A stretch of 64,000 nucleotides of DNA from a virus (lineage: Duplodnaviria > Caudoviricetes), in the IMG/VR virus record IMGVR_UViG_3300032295_001098, positions 1-64,000 of that record; one strand, given 5' to 3'. How positions within the stretch are numbered: the first letter of the stretch is position 1; every line of letters begins with the position of its first letter. The notes beneath the pieces were generated by a model that saw only the letters and a program-made list of their open reading frames with translations, was not told the origin of the DNA and ran no database searches. Positions 17,664-24,773 of this stretch are shown here, in pieces. Made by a program: the position numbers and the translations under genes.

Positions 17664-17981
17664 TTATTGACCCATCTTCTTTTTCCAGTTTTCACCTTCA
17701 TCCGATGAGGTCGGACCAATATCAATTGGACCATAGTGTGACTCGGCGGCGTTGAACATGGCTGTGGCTACACCTCTGTTTTGATACCGTTTGTTCGTAG
17801 CAATACCGAACACCACGTGCTCACGCTCTTGTCCAGAATTAAAACCGAGCATCACGCCTAAACGACCAGTCGTGGTCTTGCCACTGCGTGCCTCCACGTC
17901 CCCAAACGGGTTCGTACGGATCGTGTGCTCTTTACCACGCTTGTCTATGAACTGGTGGCTAAGGCTCTCATATGCTGCCAT
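17664..17981 (-). CDS. GNAT acetyltransferase-like protein
   Basis: IATNKRYQNRGVATAM acetyl-CoA motif A. Confidence 0.7.
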   Translation of the reverse strand: MAAYESLSHQFIDKRGKEHTIRTNPFGDVEARSGKTTTGRLGVMLGFNSGQEREHVVFGIATNKRYQNRGVATAMFNAAESHYGPIDIGPTSSDEGENWKKKMGQ

Positions 17982-18355
17982 TAGTGATCCCTCGGATGGG
18001 TTACAGAATATGTTACAGGTATTTCGGTATCTGGGTTGATGTCATGTGCCGCTACGAGTCGGTGTTGACCATCCCATATTTGTGTACCGCCACCACGTTG
18101 GGCTGAGTGGAGCCGCAGGTGTACAGGGATTTTAACCCCTTCTTTTTTAATACTGTCGTAGAGACTGTCTTTGTACCCCCCATAAGGGTGTCCCTCTTTA
18201 GATTCTCGCAATTTCCTAGCACGGACATTAGGAGACTCAGTCATAGGAAGGTAACCTGAACTAGAGGTTTCTTCATCTCCTGCGGGGTATTTCATAATCT
18301 CCCGTGCAGGGAGAAACATGGACAGTTGACCACTGAGGTGCTCTTGTGCTGGCAT
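17981..18355 (-). CDS. stand-alone ParB/Sulfiredoxin-domain protein
   Basis: LYDSIKKEGVKIPV...IWDGQHRLVAA. Confidence 0.75.
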   Translation of the reverse strand: MPAQEHLSGQLSMFLPAREIMKYPAGDEETSSSGYLPMTESPNVRARKLRESKEGHPYGGYKDSLYDSIKKEGVKIPVHLRLHSAQRGGGTQIWDGQHRLVAAHDINPDTEIPVTYSVTHPRDH

Positions 18356-18371
18356 TTATCTAGTATAGATG

Positions 18372-18650
18372 TTAATTAAACCATGAGGAATACGTTTTTT
18401 GAGTATTCCTGCGGTTAGTAAAGCCGCCCCTGATGAGTTGACTTTTACCAAAACCGTCATCTGAAGACATATGCATGTCAACCATGCCTATGGCTTGATC
18501 ACGACCATCCTGCAACAGTTCTACAGGGTGTGTAGGAGTGCCTTCACCTGTCAACATCCCTGCATACCGTGTTGCCCAGTTCCGTGCATACGACTCTCTG
18601 AGCCGTGGATAAGGATGCTTCACCGAAAATTGTTCAGGGTTTAGCGACAT
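18372..18650 (-). CDS. hypothetical protein (MSLNPEQF)
   Basis: coupled ORF with shared tag. Confidence 0.55.
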   Translation of the reverse strand: MSLNPEQFSVKHPYPRLRESYARNWATRYAGMLTGEGTPTHPVELLQDGRDQAIGMVDMHMSSDDGFGKSQLIRGGFTNRRNTQKTYSSWFN

Positions 18651-18832
18651 CAGTCGTTGTCAGCCGCACGAGGGCGCTGTCTCAACCTCTCCTCTAGATC
18701 CCTGTCATAGAGTGATGAAGTGTTAGGTGTGAACCCTGACGCTTTACGCTGTTCTTTTAACTCTGCAAGGAGTGGGTGACCCCGACCAACTTTACGGTTA
18801 AGATTATGTGCTTCGTTTTTGCCTCGTGCCAT
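18650..18832 (-). CDS. small basic hypothetical protein
   Basis: TATACT-N6-ATG leaderless start. Confidence 0.55.
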   Translation of the reverse strand: MARGKNEAHNLNRKVGRGHPLLAELKEQRKASGFTPNTSSLYDRDLEERLRQRPRAADND

Positions 18833-18849
18833 TTATCTAGTATAGATGG

Positions 18850-19155
18850 TTACTTACGTGGGGTAATACGTGGAGGAAGTGGGTCACCCGTAGATTTAGC
18901 CCAAGCGTCGCCTTCTACAGTGCGAATTGGATTATGTTGGGGCGGTGCTACATCGTCAAATTGGGTAGAAATGTGCTGGGCATGACGGTACATTCCTGTA
19001 GCGATACCTTTCCTACGGTGGTTTTCTTCAACAAAGACATTTTCAATCTGTGGGTGCCACGATAAACGACCTACAACTTTGTTATCCTCTTTCGCAATGA
19101 CTTCATGTGGCACATCTTCGTCAGACGGGCCGTACTGAAAGGTGTACTCAGGCAT
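18850..19155 (-). CDS. GNAT acetyltransferase-like protein
   Basis: VFVEENHRRKGIATGMY motif A. Confidence 0.75.
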   Translation of the reverse strand: MPEYTFQYGPSDEDVPHEVIAKEDNKVVGRLSWHPQIENVFVEENHRRKGIATGMYRHAQHISTQFDDVAPPQHNPIRTVEGDAWAKSTGDPLPPRITPRK

Positions 19156-19292
19156 ATTTCAAGTATAGGGCTATTTGGGCGAGTTGGGTGGTCGGTCGGA
19201 TTTTTGGATGGGGCTATTGAGCCGTGGAGCATTGGGTGGGGCCTGTTGTCTACCCCCCGCCTCCGCTTGCCCCCTCACTTAACCATGGGGGG

Positions 19293-19392
19293 TTATCCAC
19301 AGCCCGCTCCATGCCCTGTATGGCTCTGCTGGGTTATCCACAGGTACCCCTGTGTACAGCCTGTGGATACTGTGGAACATCTCTGTGGAACA
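19293..19392. promoter_or_regulatory. DnaA-box cluster
   Basis: perfect TTATCCACA at 19293 and 19334; inverted near-matches at 19351, 19362, 19371, 19384. Confidence 0.7.
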
Positions 19393-19399
19393 TTGGGGG

Positions 19400-19413
19400 C
19401 GAACACCCGTTTG
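19400..19413. promoter_or_regulatory. LexA (SOS)-box-like site
   Basis: CGAAC-ACCC-GTTTG versus Gram-positive CGAAC-N4-GTTCG. Confidence 0.4.
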
Positions 19414-19478
19414 TGTGTCGTTCGTCACAGTGTGACCATCGTCACATGGATTGTTCCAATCGTGTGACATTCGTCACA
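19414..19478. promoter_or_regulatory. three CRP/GlxR-type sites
   Basis: TGTGT-cgttcg-TCACA 19414-19429, TGTGA-ccatcg-TCACA 19431-19446, TGTGA-cattcg-TCACA 19463-19478. Confidence 0.7.
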
Positions 19479-19959
19479 AACCCTTGACAACTCGCAATTG
19501 GCACGAGACGCACCACAATGCGTTCTCAGAGGAGGAGGGAGGGATGTAAGGGGTCAAGGCGGGCAGTGGTACAAAGTACCCTCAGAGAGGCTGTTGTGCG
19601 TCTACGAATGGGGCTATGAGCCTTGCTGGGTAAGGGTTTGCGGGGTATGGGTAGGTTACGAAGTACTCGCCACAGCGCCCCAATTGCTATCCACTGCACC
19701 ATCGCTCCATATCGGCACCTGCACGCACCACAGAGCCTCCTAGGCACCTCTCCTGCCATCCTGCGGTATTCATTGATTAATTGAATTCTCTGCCGATTCG
19801 CACCTGCATCTCCTCCATGCCTCCCTCTATCTCCTCCTCCATCCGATGGATGGCTGGTCGTTGGGGGCGCCCAATTCCAGCCCTGTCCCCGCCGTCCCGA
19901 GGCTCCAGCCCATACGGGGCATGGCTCAGAAGAATTCAGAAGAATTGTTTAATTGGGGG

Positions 19960-19989
19960 TTGACAGATGTACTCAATCCATGATTGAAT
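19960..19989 (+). promoter_or_regulatory. candidate early promoter
   Basis: TTGACA at 19960, 18 nt, TG-a-TTGAAT (imperfect -10). Confidence 0.35.
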
Positions 19990-20113
19990 TGGGGTGGAGG
20001 GGGATGCGTCCCCCGCCTCGGTTCCTTGACAAGTGGCAGGTACGGCACGCAGGCTTCGCCCTGCGCATTTTGCGTTCCTGCCCTCAGAATCAAACATGGT
20101 TCAAAATTCCTCA

Positions 20114-20204
20114 GCGTCACGGGCTGGCTTCGGCTGGCTCGTGGCGCTCAATGAGGGCTGGAGGCATTCCCCCTGCTTCAGCCCTGATTGAGCGCACAGC
20201 GCTC
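20114..20204 (+). ncRNA. triple overlapping-hairpin element B, copy 1
   Basis: GCGTCACGGGCTGGC-TTCG-GCTGGCTCGTGGCGC; long H2; GAGCGC-ACA-GCGCTC. Confidence 0.65.
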
Positions 20205-20244
20205 CATTGGCACACTGCCAATGCAGTCTTGAGGGAGACACACC

Positions 20245-20763
20245 ATGAAAGCAACACGACAGCAACTACTCAATCTCGGAGCCAGCATCCTGAGCACTGC
20301 CTACGAAGGCGGATCTTGCGGAATGGCTTCTTGGGCAGTTTCCAACGGCACCTACAAGTGGGGCACGGAGAAGGGCGAAGGCGAATTGCACGGCAACGAG
20401 CACTACGCATCAGTCACCGTGTACGACACCGAAGCGTGCGAGTTGGTGGAAGACGAAGCCGAGTTGGCAAAGTTGACCGATGACGATGGCTTTGGTGGTT
20501 GGGGCGGGTTCTACCGCTTCGGCAAGCCACTCGTGATCAATGAGTCCATCATTGCTGACTTCATTGAGAAGATCGGCACGGGTGAGTTCAATCAGGACAG
20601 CGTTCCTGACTACGGTCAATTGTCAATCAAGCGAGTGAGTGCCCTAGCAGGGTGCTACCTCTTCGGTGAGGACGCCATTGACGAATTTGAGTCCGACAAT
20701 GACTGCATCGTGTCTGACACCATCGTGCAGTTCATCCTGCTCGGTGAGGTCACATACGGCTGA
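20245..20763 (+). CDS. hypothetical early protein
   Basis: GAGGGAG SD; ends DTIVQFILLGEVTYG. Confidence 0.7.
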   Translation: MKATRQQLLNLGASILSTAYEGGSCGMASWAVSNGTYKWGTEKGEGELHGNEHYASVTVYDTEACELVEDEAELAKLTDDDGFGGWGGFYRFGKPLVINESIIADFIEKIGTGEFNQDSVPDYGQLSIKRVSALAGCYLFGEDAIDEFESDNDCIVSDTIVQFILLGEVTYG

Positions 20764-20766
20764 TCA

Positions 20767-20828
20767 TTCCCCCAGCGCCTAGGGCGTGCCCGTTCAATCG
20801 GGACTGGGGACTACTGGCACACGCCAGT
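20767..20828 (+). ncRNA. T-loop element A, copy 1
   Basis: CCCCAG[CGCC-TAG-GGCG]TG[CCCG-TTCAAT-CGGG]A-CTGGGG-ACT + ACTGGC/GCCAGT hairpin. Confidence 0.7.
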
Positions 20829-20851
20829 TACAACTGCCTAGAGGAGGCACC

Positions 20852-21109
20852 ATGGATACCACTACAGATGCAGTGCAGAACTACATCGCCACGAGACGGC
20901 GTGCACAGGAGGACATCATCGTGGGGCTGGTCAAACGGCTCAACGATGGATTCTCAGACATGGACGGCGCCGTGAGCAATCTAGGGCTGTTTCATCAGGC
21001 ACATCACATCTTCAAGTCACAGACCAACTGGATCGGTCAACTGGGCGAAGCATTCGCCAAGTACGAGTCACTGGCTTACCTTGAGGATGACTTCACGCCG
21101 AGTGAGTGA
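20852..21109 (+). CDS. hypothetical early protein
   Basis: CCTAGAGGAGG SD before ATG 20852. Confidence 0.65.
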   Translation: MDTTTDAVQNYIATRRRAQEDIIVGLVKRLNDGFSDMDGAVSNLGLFHQAHHIFKSQTNWIGQLGEAFAKYESLAYLEDDFTPSE

Positions 21110-21113
21110 GTGT

Positions 21114-21175
21114 TTCCCCCAGCGACTAGGTCGTGGCTCTTCAATGAGCACTGGGGACTGTGAGCAACCGCTCAC
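21114..21175 (+). ncRNA. T-loop element A, copy 2
   Basis: CCCCAG[CGAC-TAG-GTCG]TG[GCTC-TTCAAT-GAGC]A-CTGGGG-ACT + GTGAGC/GCTCAC hairpin. Confidence 0.7.
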
Positions 21176-21203
21176 TACAAATACCTTGAGGGAGGTATTC
21201 ACC

Positions 21204-21755
21204 ATGAAAACATCAGACATCAAGCAGATTCTTGCCAAGGATCCAAATGCAGTGTTTCTTGTCAGTCAACGGCACCGCACTTACTACGCCACAATCGTTG
21301 AAGTGGTGGAGCGTGAGGTGCCTGTGTATGACAACTACAGGCAGACGGGTACACGCACTTCGGTGTACTTCAATGTGCTCGGCTCGGTTTACAAGCACGG
21401 CATACAAGCCGACAAGTACCGAGAAGAGCGTGTGCCTTCGTACACCTTGGAGAAGAGTCACTGGATCAAGCCACGAGACATTCAGAGTCAGTTTGACTTC
21501 GGCACTGGTGAGACACTTCAACAGTGGATCGCCAATGAAGACCGTCAAATGAAGACTGACTGGCAAGCCAGCAAAGATGAAGAAACTGCGAAGTCGGATC
21601 AAGTGAAGGCAATCGTTCGCAAGATCAGTAGCCCGAAGGTCACCGACAGAGAATGGGACGAACTGAGTGATGAACTCAGCCGACTCAGTCTTCAGACACT
21701 GAAAACACTCAATGAGAAGATCAACCCGCAGATCGGTTTCGTACGATCAGCGTGA
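21204..21755 (+). CDS. hypothetical early protein
   Basis: GAGGGAGG SD before ATG 21204. Confidence 0.65.
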   Translation: MKTSDIKQILAKDPNAVFLVSQRHRTYYATIVEVVEREVPVYDNYRQTGTRTSVYFNVLGSVYKHGIQADKYREERVPSYTLEKSHWIKPRDIQSQFDFGTGETLQQWIANEDRQMKTDWQASKDEETAKSDQVKAIVRKISSPKVTDREWDELSDELSRLSLQTLKTLNEKINPQIGFVRSA

Positions 21756-21765
21756 GGTGAGCGAC

Positions 21766-21829
21766 TCCCCCGTGCACTTTAGGTGTGGCGTTCAATCGCA
21801 ACACGGGACTAGCGACATGCGAATGTCGT
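21766..21829 (+). ncRNA. T-loop element A, copy 3
   Basis: CCCGTG[CAC-TTTAG-GTG]TG[GCG-TTCAAT-CGC]AA-CACGGG-ACT + GCGACAT-GCGA-ATGTCGT. Confidence 0.7.
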
Positions 21830-21858
21830 GAATACAAATACCTAGAGGAGGTATAGCC

Positions 21859-22545
21859 ATGAATACAGAAGCAATCTACGACAAGGTGCAGGCAATCCTT
21901 GATCGTGCCAATCATCCGAACACGCCACAAGCGGAAGCCGAGACGGCTCTCGCCATGGCACAACGGCTCATGATGAAGCACGGTCTTGAAGAGTCCGCAT
22001 TCGCCAAGGCTCAAGATCGTGACGAGAACATCGTTACCGATCAGATCCCAATCAGTGGTCAATGGCAACTTCGCCGTCTCGGTCTTGCTGGTGCAATCGC
22101 TAGTGCCAACTCTGTTGCCAACTACCGCTCCAAATCGTGGGCGGATGGCAAGAAGTCGTTGGTGTTGGTGGTGTACGGCACTGCTGGTGACATCTTCGCT
22201 GTCAAGACACTGTTCGCATCGGCAGACTTGCTCGCTTCTCGTGTGATCCCAAAGGGTGATCGGTCATTCCGCAATGCGTGGTGGCTCGGATTCTCCTCGG
22301 GAGTGCGTGAGGTGTTGCGCAAGTCCAAGAACGAAGTGATCGCAGAGCAAGGTGTGGGCACTGGGTTAGTGCTCGCTGACAAGTTCAAGCGTGCAGACGC
22401 TGAGATGCGTTCAAAAGTCAAACTCAAGTCCAGTGGGTACTACAGGTACTCATCGGGTAACGGTTACAACGCTGGTCGTTCTGCTGGTCGTTCGTTCAAC
22501 ACTGGTGGCATCGGTAACGGTGTCGCTGGAGCGCTCGGACGATGA
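21859..22545 (+). CDS. DUF2786-domain protein
   Basis: KVQAILDRANHPNTPQAEAETALAMAQRLMMKHGL. Confidence 0.8.
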   Translation: MNTEAIYDKVQAILDRANHPNTPQAEAETALAMAQRLMMKHGLEESAFAKAQDRDENIVTDQIPISGQWQLRRLGLAGAIASANSVANYRSKSWADGKKSLVLVVYGTAGDIFAVKTLFASADLLASRVIPKGDRSFRNAWWLGFSSGVREVLRKSKNEVIAEQGVGTGLVLADKFKRADAEMRSKVKLKSSGYYRYSSGNGYNAGRSAGRSFNTGGIGNGVAGALGR

Positions 22546-23018
22546 GCATCCATGCATACATGGAGGTAGTGCGGGAGGGCGTTGCAAAGCGCTCTCCCAA
22601 AATGCCCGAACATCAAGCCACGGTGTATGCGATTGAGAATGTGGTGGAGCGTCACTTGCCATCGCAAGTGATCGCTACCAAGAACGCATTCGCTTGGCTG
22701 GATCGTGTGTGTGAGACCGAAGGCTGGGACACGCCGATGGTTGATCGCATCCGATCCACCAAGTGGGCAGGTGTCGCTAGTGCCGAAGGCAATGTCATCG
22801 GCATCAGTGGCTCCAGCACGACAGCACTGGTACTGGCTCACGAACTCGCTCACATCGTGTGTGGCGAGCGTGGTCACAATGAGTGTTGGCGTAATGCGTT
22901 CGTGAACATCGTCCGAGATCACATCTCGGTACAGCATGCGTCACTCCTGCATACCTTGTACGAGCGTTTCCAACTTCAATCAGGTCAGTGGAGACTGACC
23001 GACACATCACGAGTGTGA
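22542..23018 (+). CDS. SprT-like HEXXH metallopeptidase/metallohydrolase
   Basis: VLAHELAHIV...GHNECW; coupled to the DUF2786 gene. Confidence 0.7.
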   Translation: MSIHAYMEVVREGVAKRSPKMPEHQATVYAIENVVERHLPSQVIATKNAFAWLDRVCETEGWDTPMVDRIRSTKWAGVASAEGNVIGISGSSTTALVLAHELAHIVCGERGHNECWRNAFVNIVRDHISVQHASLLHTLYERFQLQSGQWRLTDTSRV

Positions 23019-23083
23019 ACTCGTGGTGCTGTCATGGCTCATCAGCGCAAGTTGGTGAGTCATGACAGCATCATCCGATGCTG
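23004..23083 (+). ncRNA. element B, copy 2
   Basis: CATCACGAGT-GTGA-ACTCGTGGTG; 24-bp H2 with GCAA loop; CAGCATC-ATCC-GATGCTG. Confidence 0.65.
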
Positions 23084-23109
23084 AACCAAATGCCTAGAGG
23101 AGGCAAACC

Positions 23110-23433
23110 ATGAGTTATCAACTGACAGACTGGGATCTAGAACAGATCACTGACACACTGGACATGTACGAGGCGGGTTCCGTAATGGAGTACTCGGGTC
23201 GTGCAATGTACGGCGCTCAATGCCTTGGCATTGTGACACCTGATGTGGCATCAGCATTCATGATCCTCGGATCGGCACTCGCTGATTTGGGCAATGACGG
23301 TAATGCATTGACGAGGAAACTTCTTCGTGAAGTGCGCACCGACAGCATGGGTCGTGACGAGACAGTTGTCTACTTCCCATCCATCACAATGCCAGCAGGC
23401 TATGTGGAGGAGGACGAAGACAGCGACAACTAG
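23110..23433 (+). CDS. hypothetical early protein
   Basis: YSGRAMYGAQCLGIV...DSMGRDETVVYFP; strong SD. Confidence 0.7.
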   Translation: MSYQLTDWDLEQITDTLDMYEAGSVMEYSGRAMYGAQCLGIVTPDVASAFMILGSALADLGNDGNALTRKLLREVRTDSMGRDETVVYFPSITMPAGYVEEDEDSDN

Positions 23434-23447
23434 TCGTAAGTGATAGT

Positions 23448-23530
23448 CGGGAGCATCACGGCGTAAGCCGTGGTGCCCTCACAGTGCATCGGCGTTGTGT
23501 CGGTGCATTGTGAGGGCATACAATTGCCCG
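23448..23530 (+). ncRNA. element B, copy 3
   Basis: GCATCACGGC-GTAA-GCCGTGGTGC; long H2; GGGCA-TACAAT-TGCCC. Confidence 0.7.
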
Positions 23531-23556
23531 TTCAATTAACGCCTAGAGGAGGCACC

Positions 23557-23814
23557 ATGGATGCAAGTATTCACAAAGTAACTGGGCTACGGATTGAGCG
23601 ATCCGATGACTCACGACTCAACACAATTGATCTCGTGATTCAGTACGAGGACTTAGCCTTCAGCCGTCCCCAGTGGGTTGACTACGACAAGGAGTCATTC
23701 GGTTACGCAAAATTGGAGACCACGATCACTCTCTTCATCAGTGATGAGGTGAACATGGACACAGTGTTGTGGCAAGCAATTGCAGATGTCACTTCACAAC
23801 TCTCCAAAGTGTGA
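23557..23814 (+). CDS. hypothetical early protein
   Basis: CCTAGAGGAGG SD before ATG 23557. Confidence 0.65.
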   Translation: MDASIHKVTGLRIERSDDSRLNTIDLVIQYEDLAFSRPQWVDYDKESFGYAKLETTITLFISDEVNMDTVLWQAIADVTSQLSKV

Positions 23815-23825
23815 GTAATGAGCAA

Positions 23826-23904
23826 TGGGCAGTCATGGCGTGAGCCATGGCGTGCTCGGAGTGCACTGATCCCCCATCGGTGCATTCCGAGGACGCAAGT
23901 CCAT
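23826..23904 (+). ncRNA. element B, copy 4
   Basis: GTCATGGC-GTGA-GCCATGGC; long H2; GGAC-GCAA-GTCC. Confidence 0.7.
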
Positions 23905-23943
23905 AGTTAGAAAAACAAAACAGAATCAGAGGAGGTTCTTACC

Positions 23944-24669
23944 ATGGGTGCAATAACACCAAAACAGCAAGCGTTCATTCGCACAATGCTTCTTGAGCGT
24001 GCTTCAACACTCGGTCTTGATGAGGCTGGCGTTGATCAGTACATCATTGATCAGAAGGTGAATGAGTTGTCAAATAAGTCAGCGTCCACCGTCATTGATG
24101 CAATCAAGAAGATTGAGATCAAGCGTGTGGGCACCGATCACTTGCCGAAGGCAGAGCGCAACATCGTCAACAAGTATGCGAACCCGTGCACATTGTGCGG
24201 GCATCCTGTGCCTGTCGGTGCTGGTCATGCGTTACTGATCAACAGCAAGTGGCAGACATACCACGCTCTCGGACAGTGCTCAACAGAGCCTGCCGTACAG
24301 CCTGAGCGTGTGAGCAATGAATTGTTCGGGACATTGCCTGATGGCTTCTATGCAATGAGGTCAACGGGCACGAACGATCTCGTGTTCTATGCGGTGAAGA
24401 CAAATAAGGGTTTTCATAACCCTCAGTTCAAGGGTCACCGCTCCATCTACTTAGTTGTGGGTGGTCACGATGACGAGCGACTCACTGGTGAGCGTGGCGT
24501 GAACGCTGTGAAGCGTCTCGTAACACTCACTGATGAACAGCGTGTGCAGGCACGAGCACTGTACGGTCAAGAGATCGGACGGTGTGGTGTGTGCGGACGG
24601 CACTTAACTGACGAAGTCACACGCAAGCGTGGCATCGGCAATGACTGCGCAAGCAGGTTGGGCATCTAG
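23944..24669 (+). CDS. DUF6011-type zinc-finger protein
   Basis: C-terminal CGVCGRHLTDEVTRKRGIGNDCA; second CxxC..H..C motif. Confidence 0.7.
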   Translation: MGAITPKQQAFIRTMLLERASTLGLDEAGVDQYIIDQKVNELSNKSASTVIDAIKKIEIKRVGTDHLPKAERNIVNKYANPCTLCGHPVPVGAGHALLINSKWQTYHALGQCSTEPAVQPERVSNELFGTLPDGFYAMRSTGTNDLVFYAVKTNKGFHNPQFKGHRSIYLVVGGHDDERLTGERGVNAVKRLVTLTDEQRVQARALYGQEIGRCGVCGRHLTDEVTRKRGIGNDCASRLGI

Positions 24670-24674
24670 CCCGA

Positions 24675-24748
24675 GGGCGTCATGGCGTGAGCCATGGCGT
24701 GCTCACAGCACATGGGTACGCTCATGTGTTGTGAGGACGCAAGTCCAT
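24675..24748 (+). ncRNA. element B, copy 5
   Basis: H1 and H3 identical to copy 4; H2 differs in sequence but still pairs. Confidence 0.7.
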
Positions 24749-24773
24749 AACACTTACCTGAGGAGGTAAATAT

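Noticed and set aside
19105-20483. ORFs called in the strand-switch region (e.g. 19224, 19498, 19953)
   Set aside because: No SD, atypical composition, overlap with regulatory sites and RNA elements
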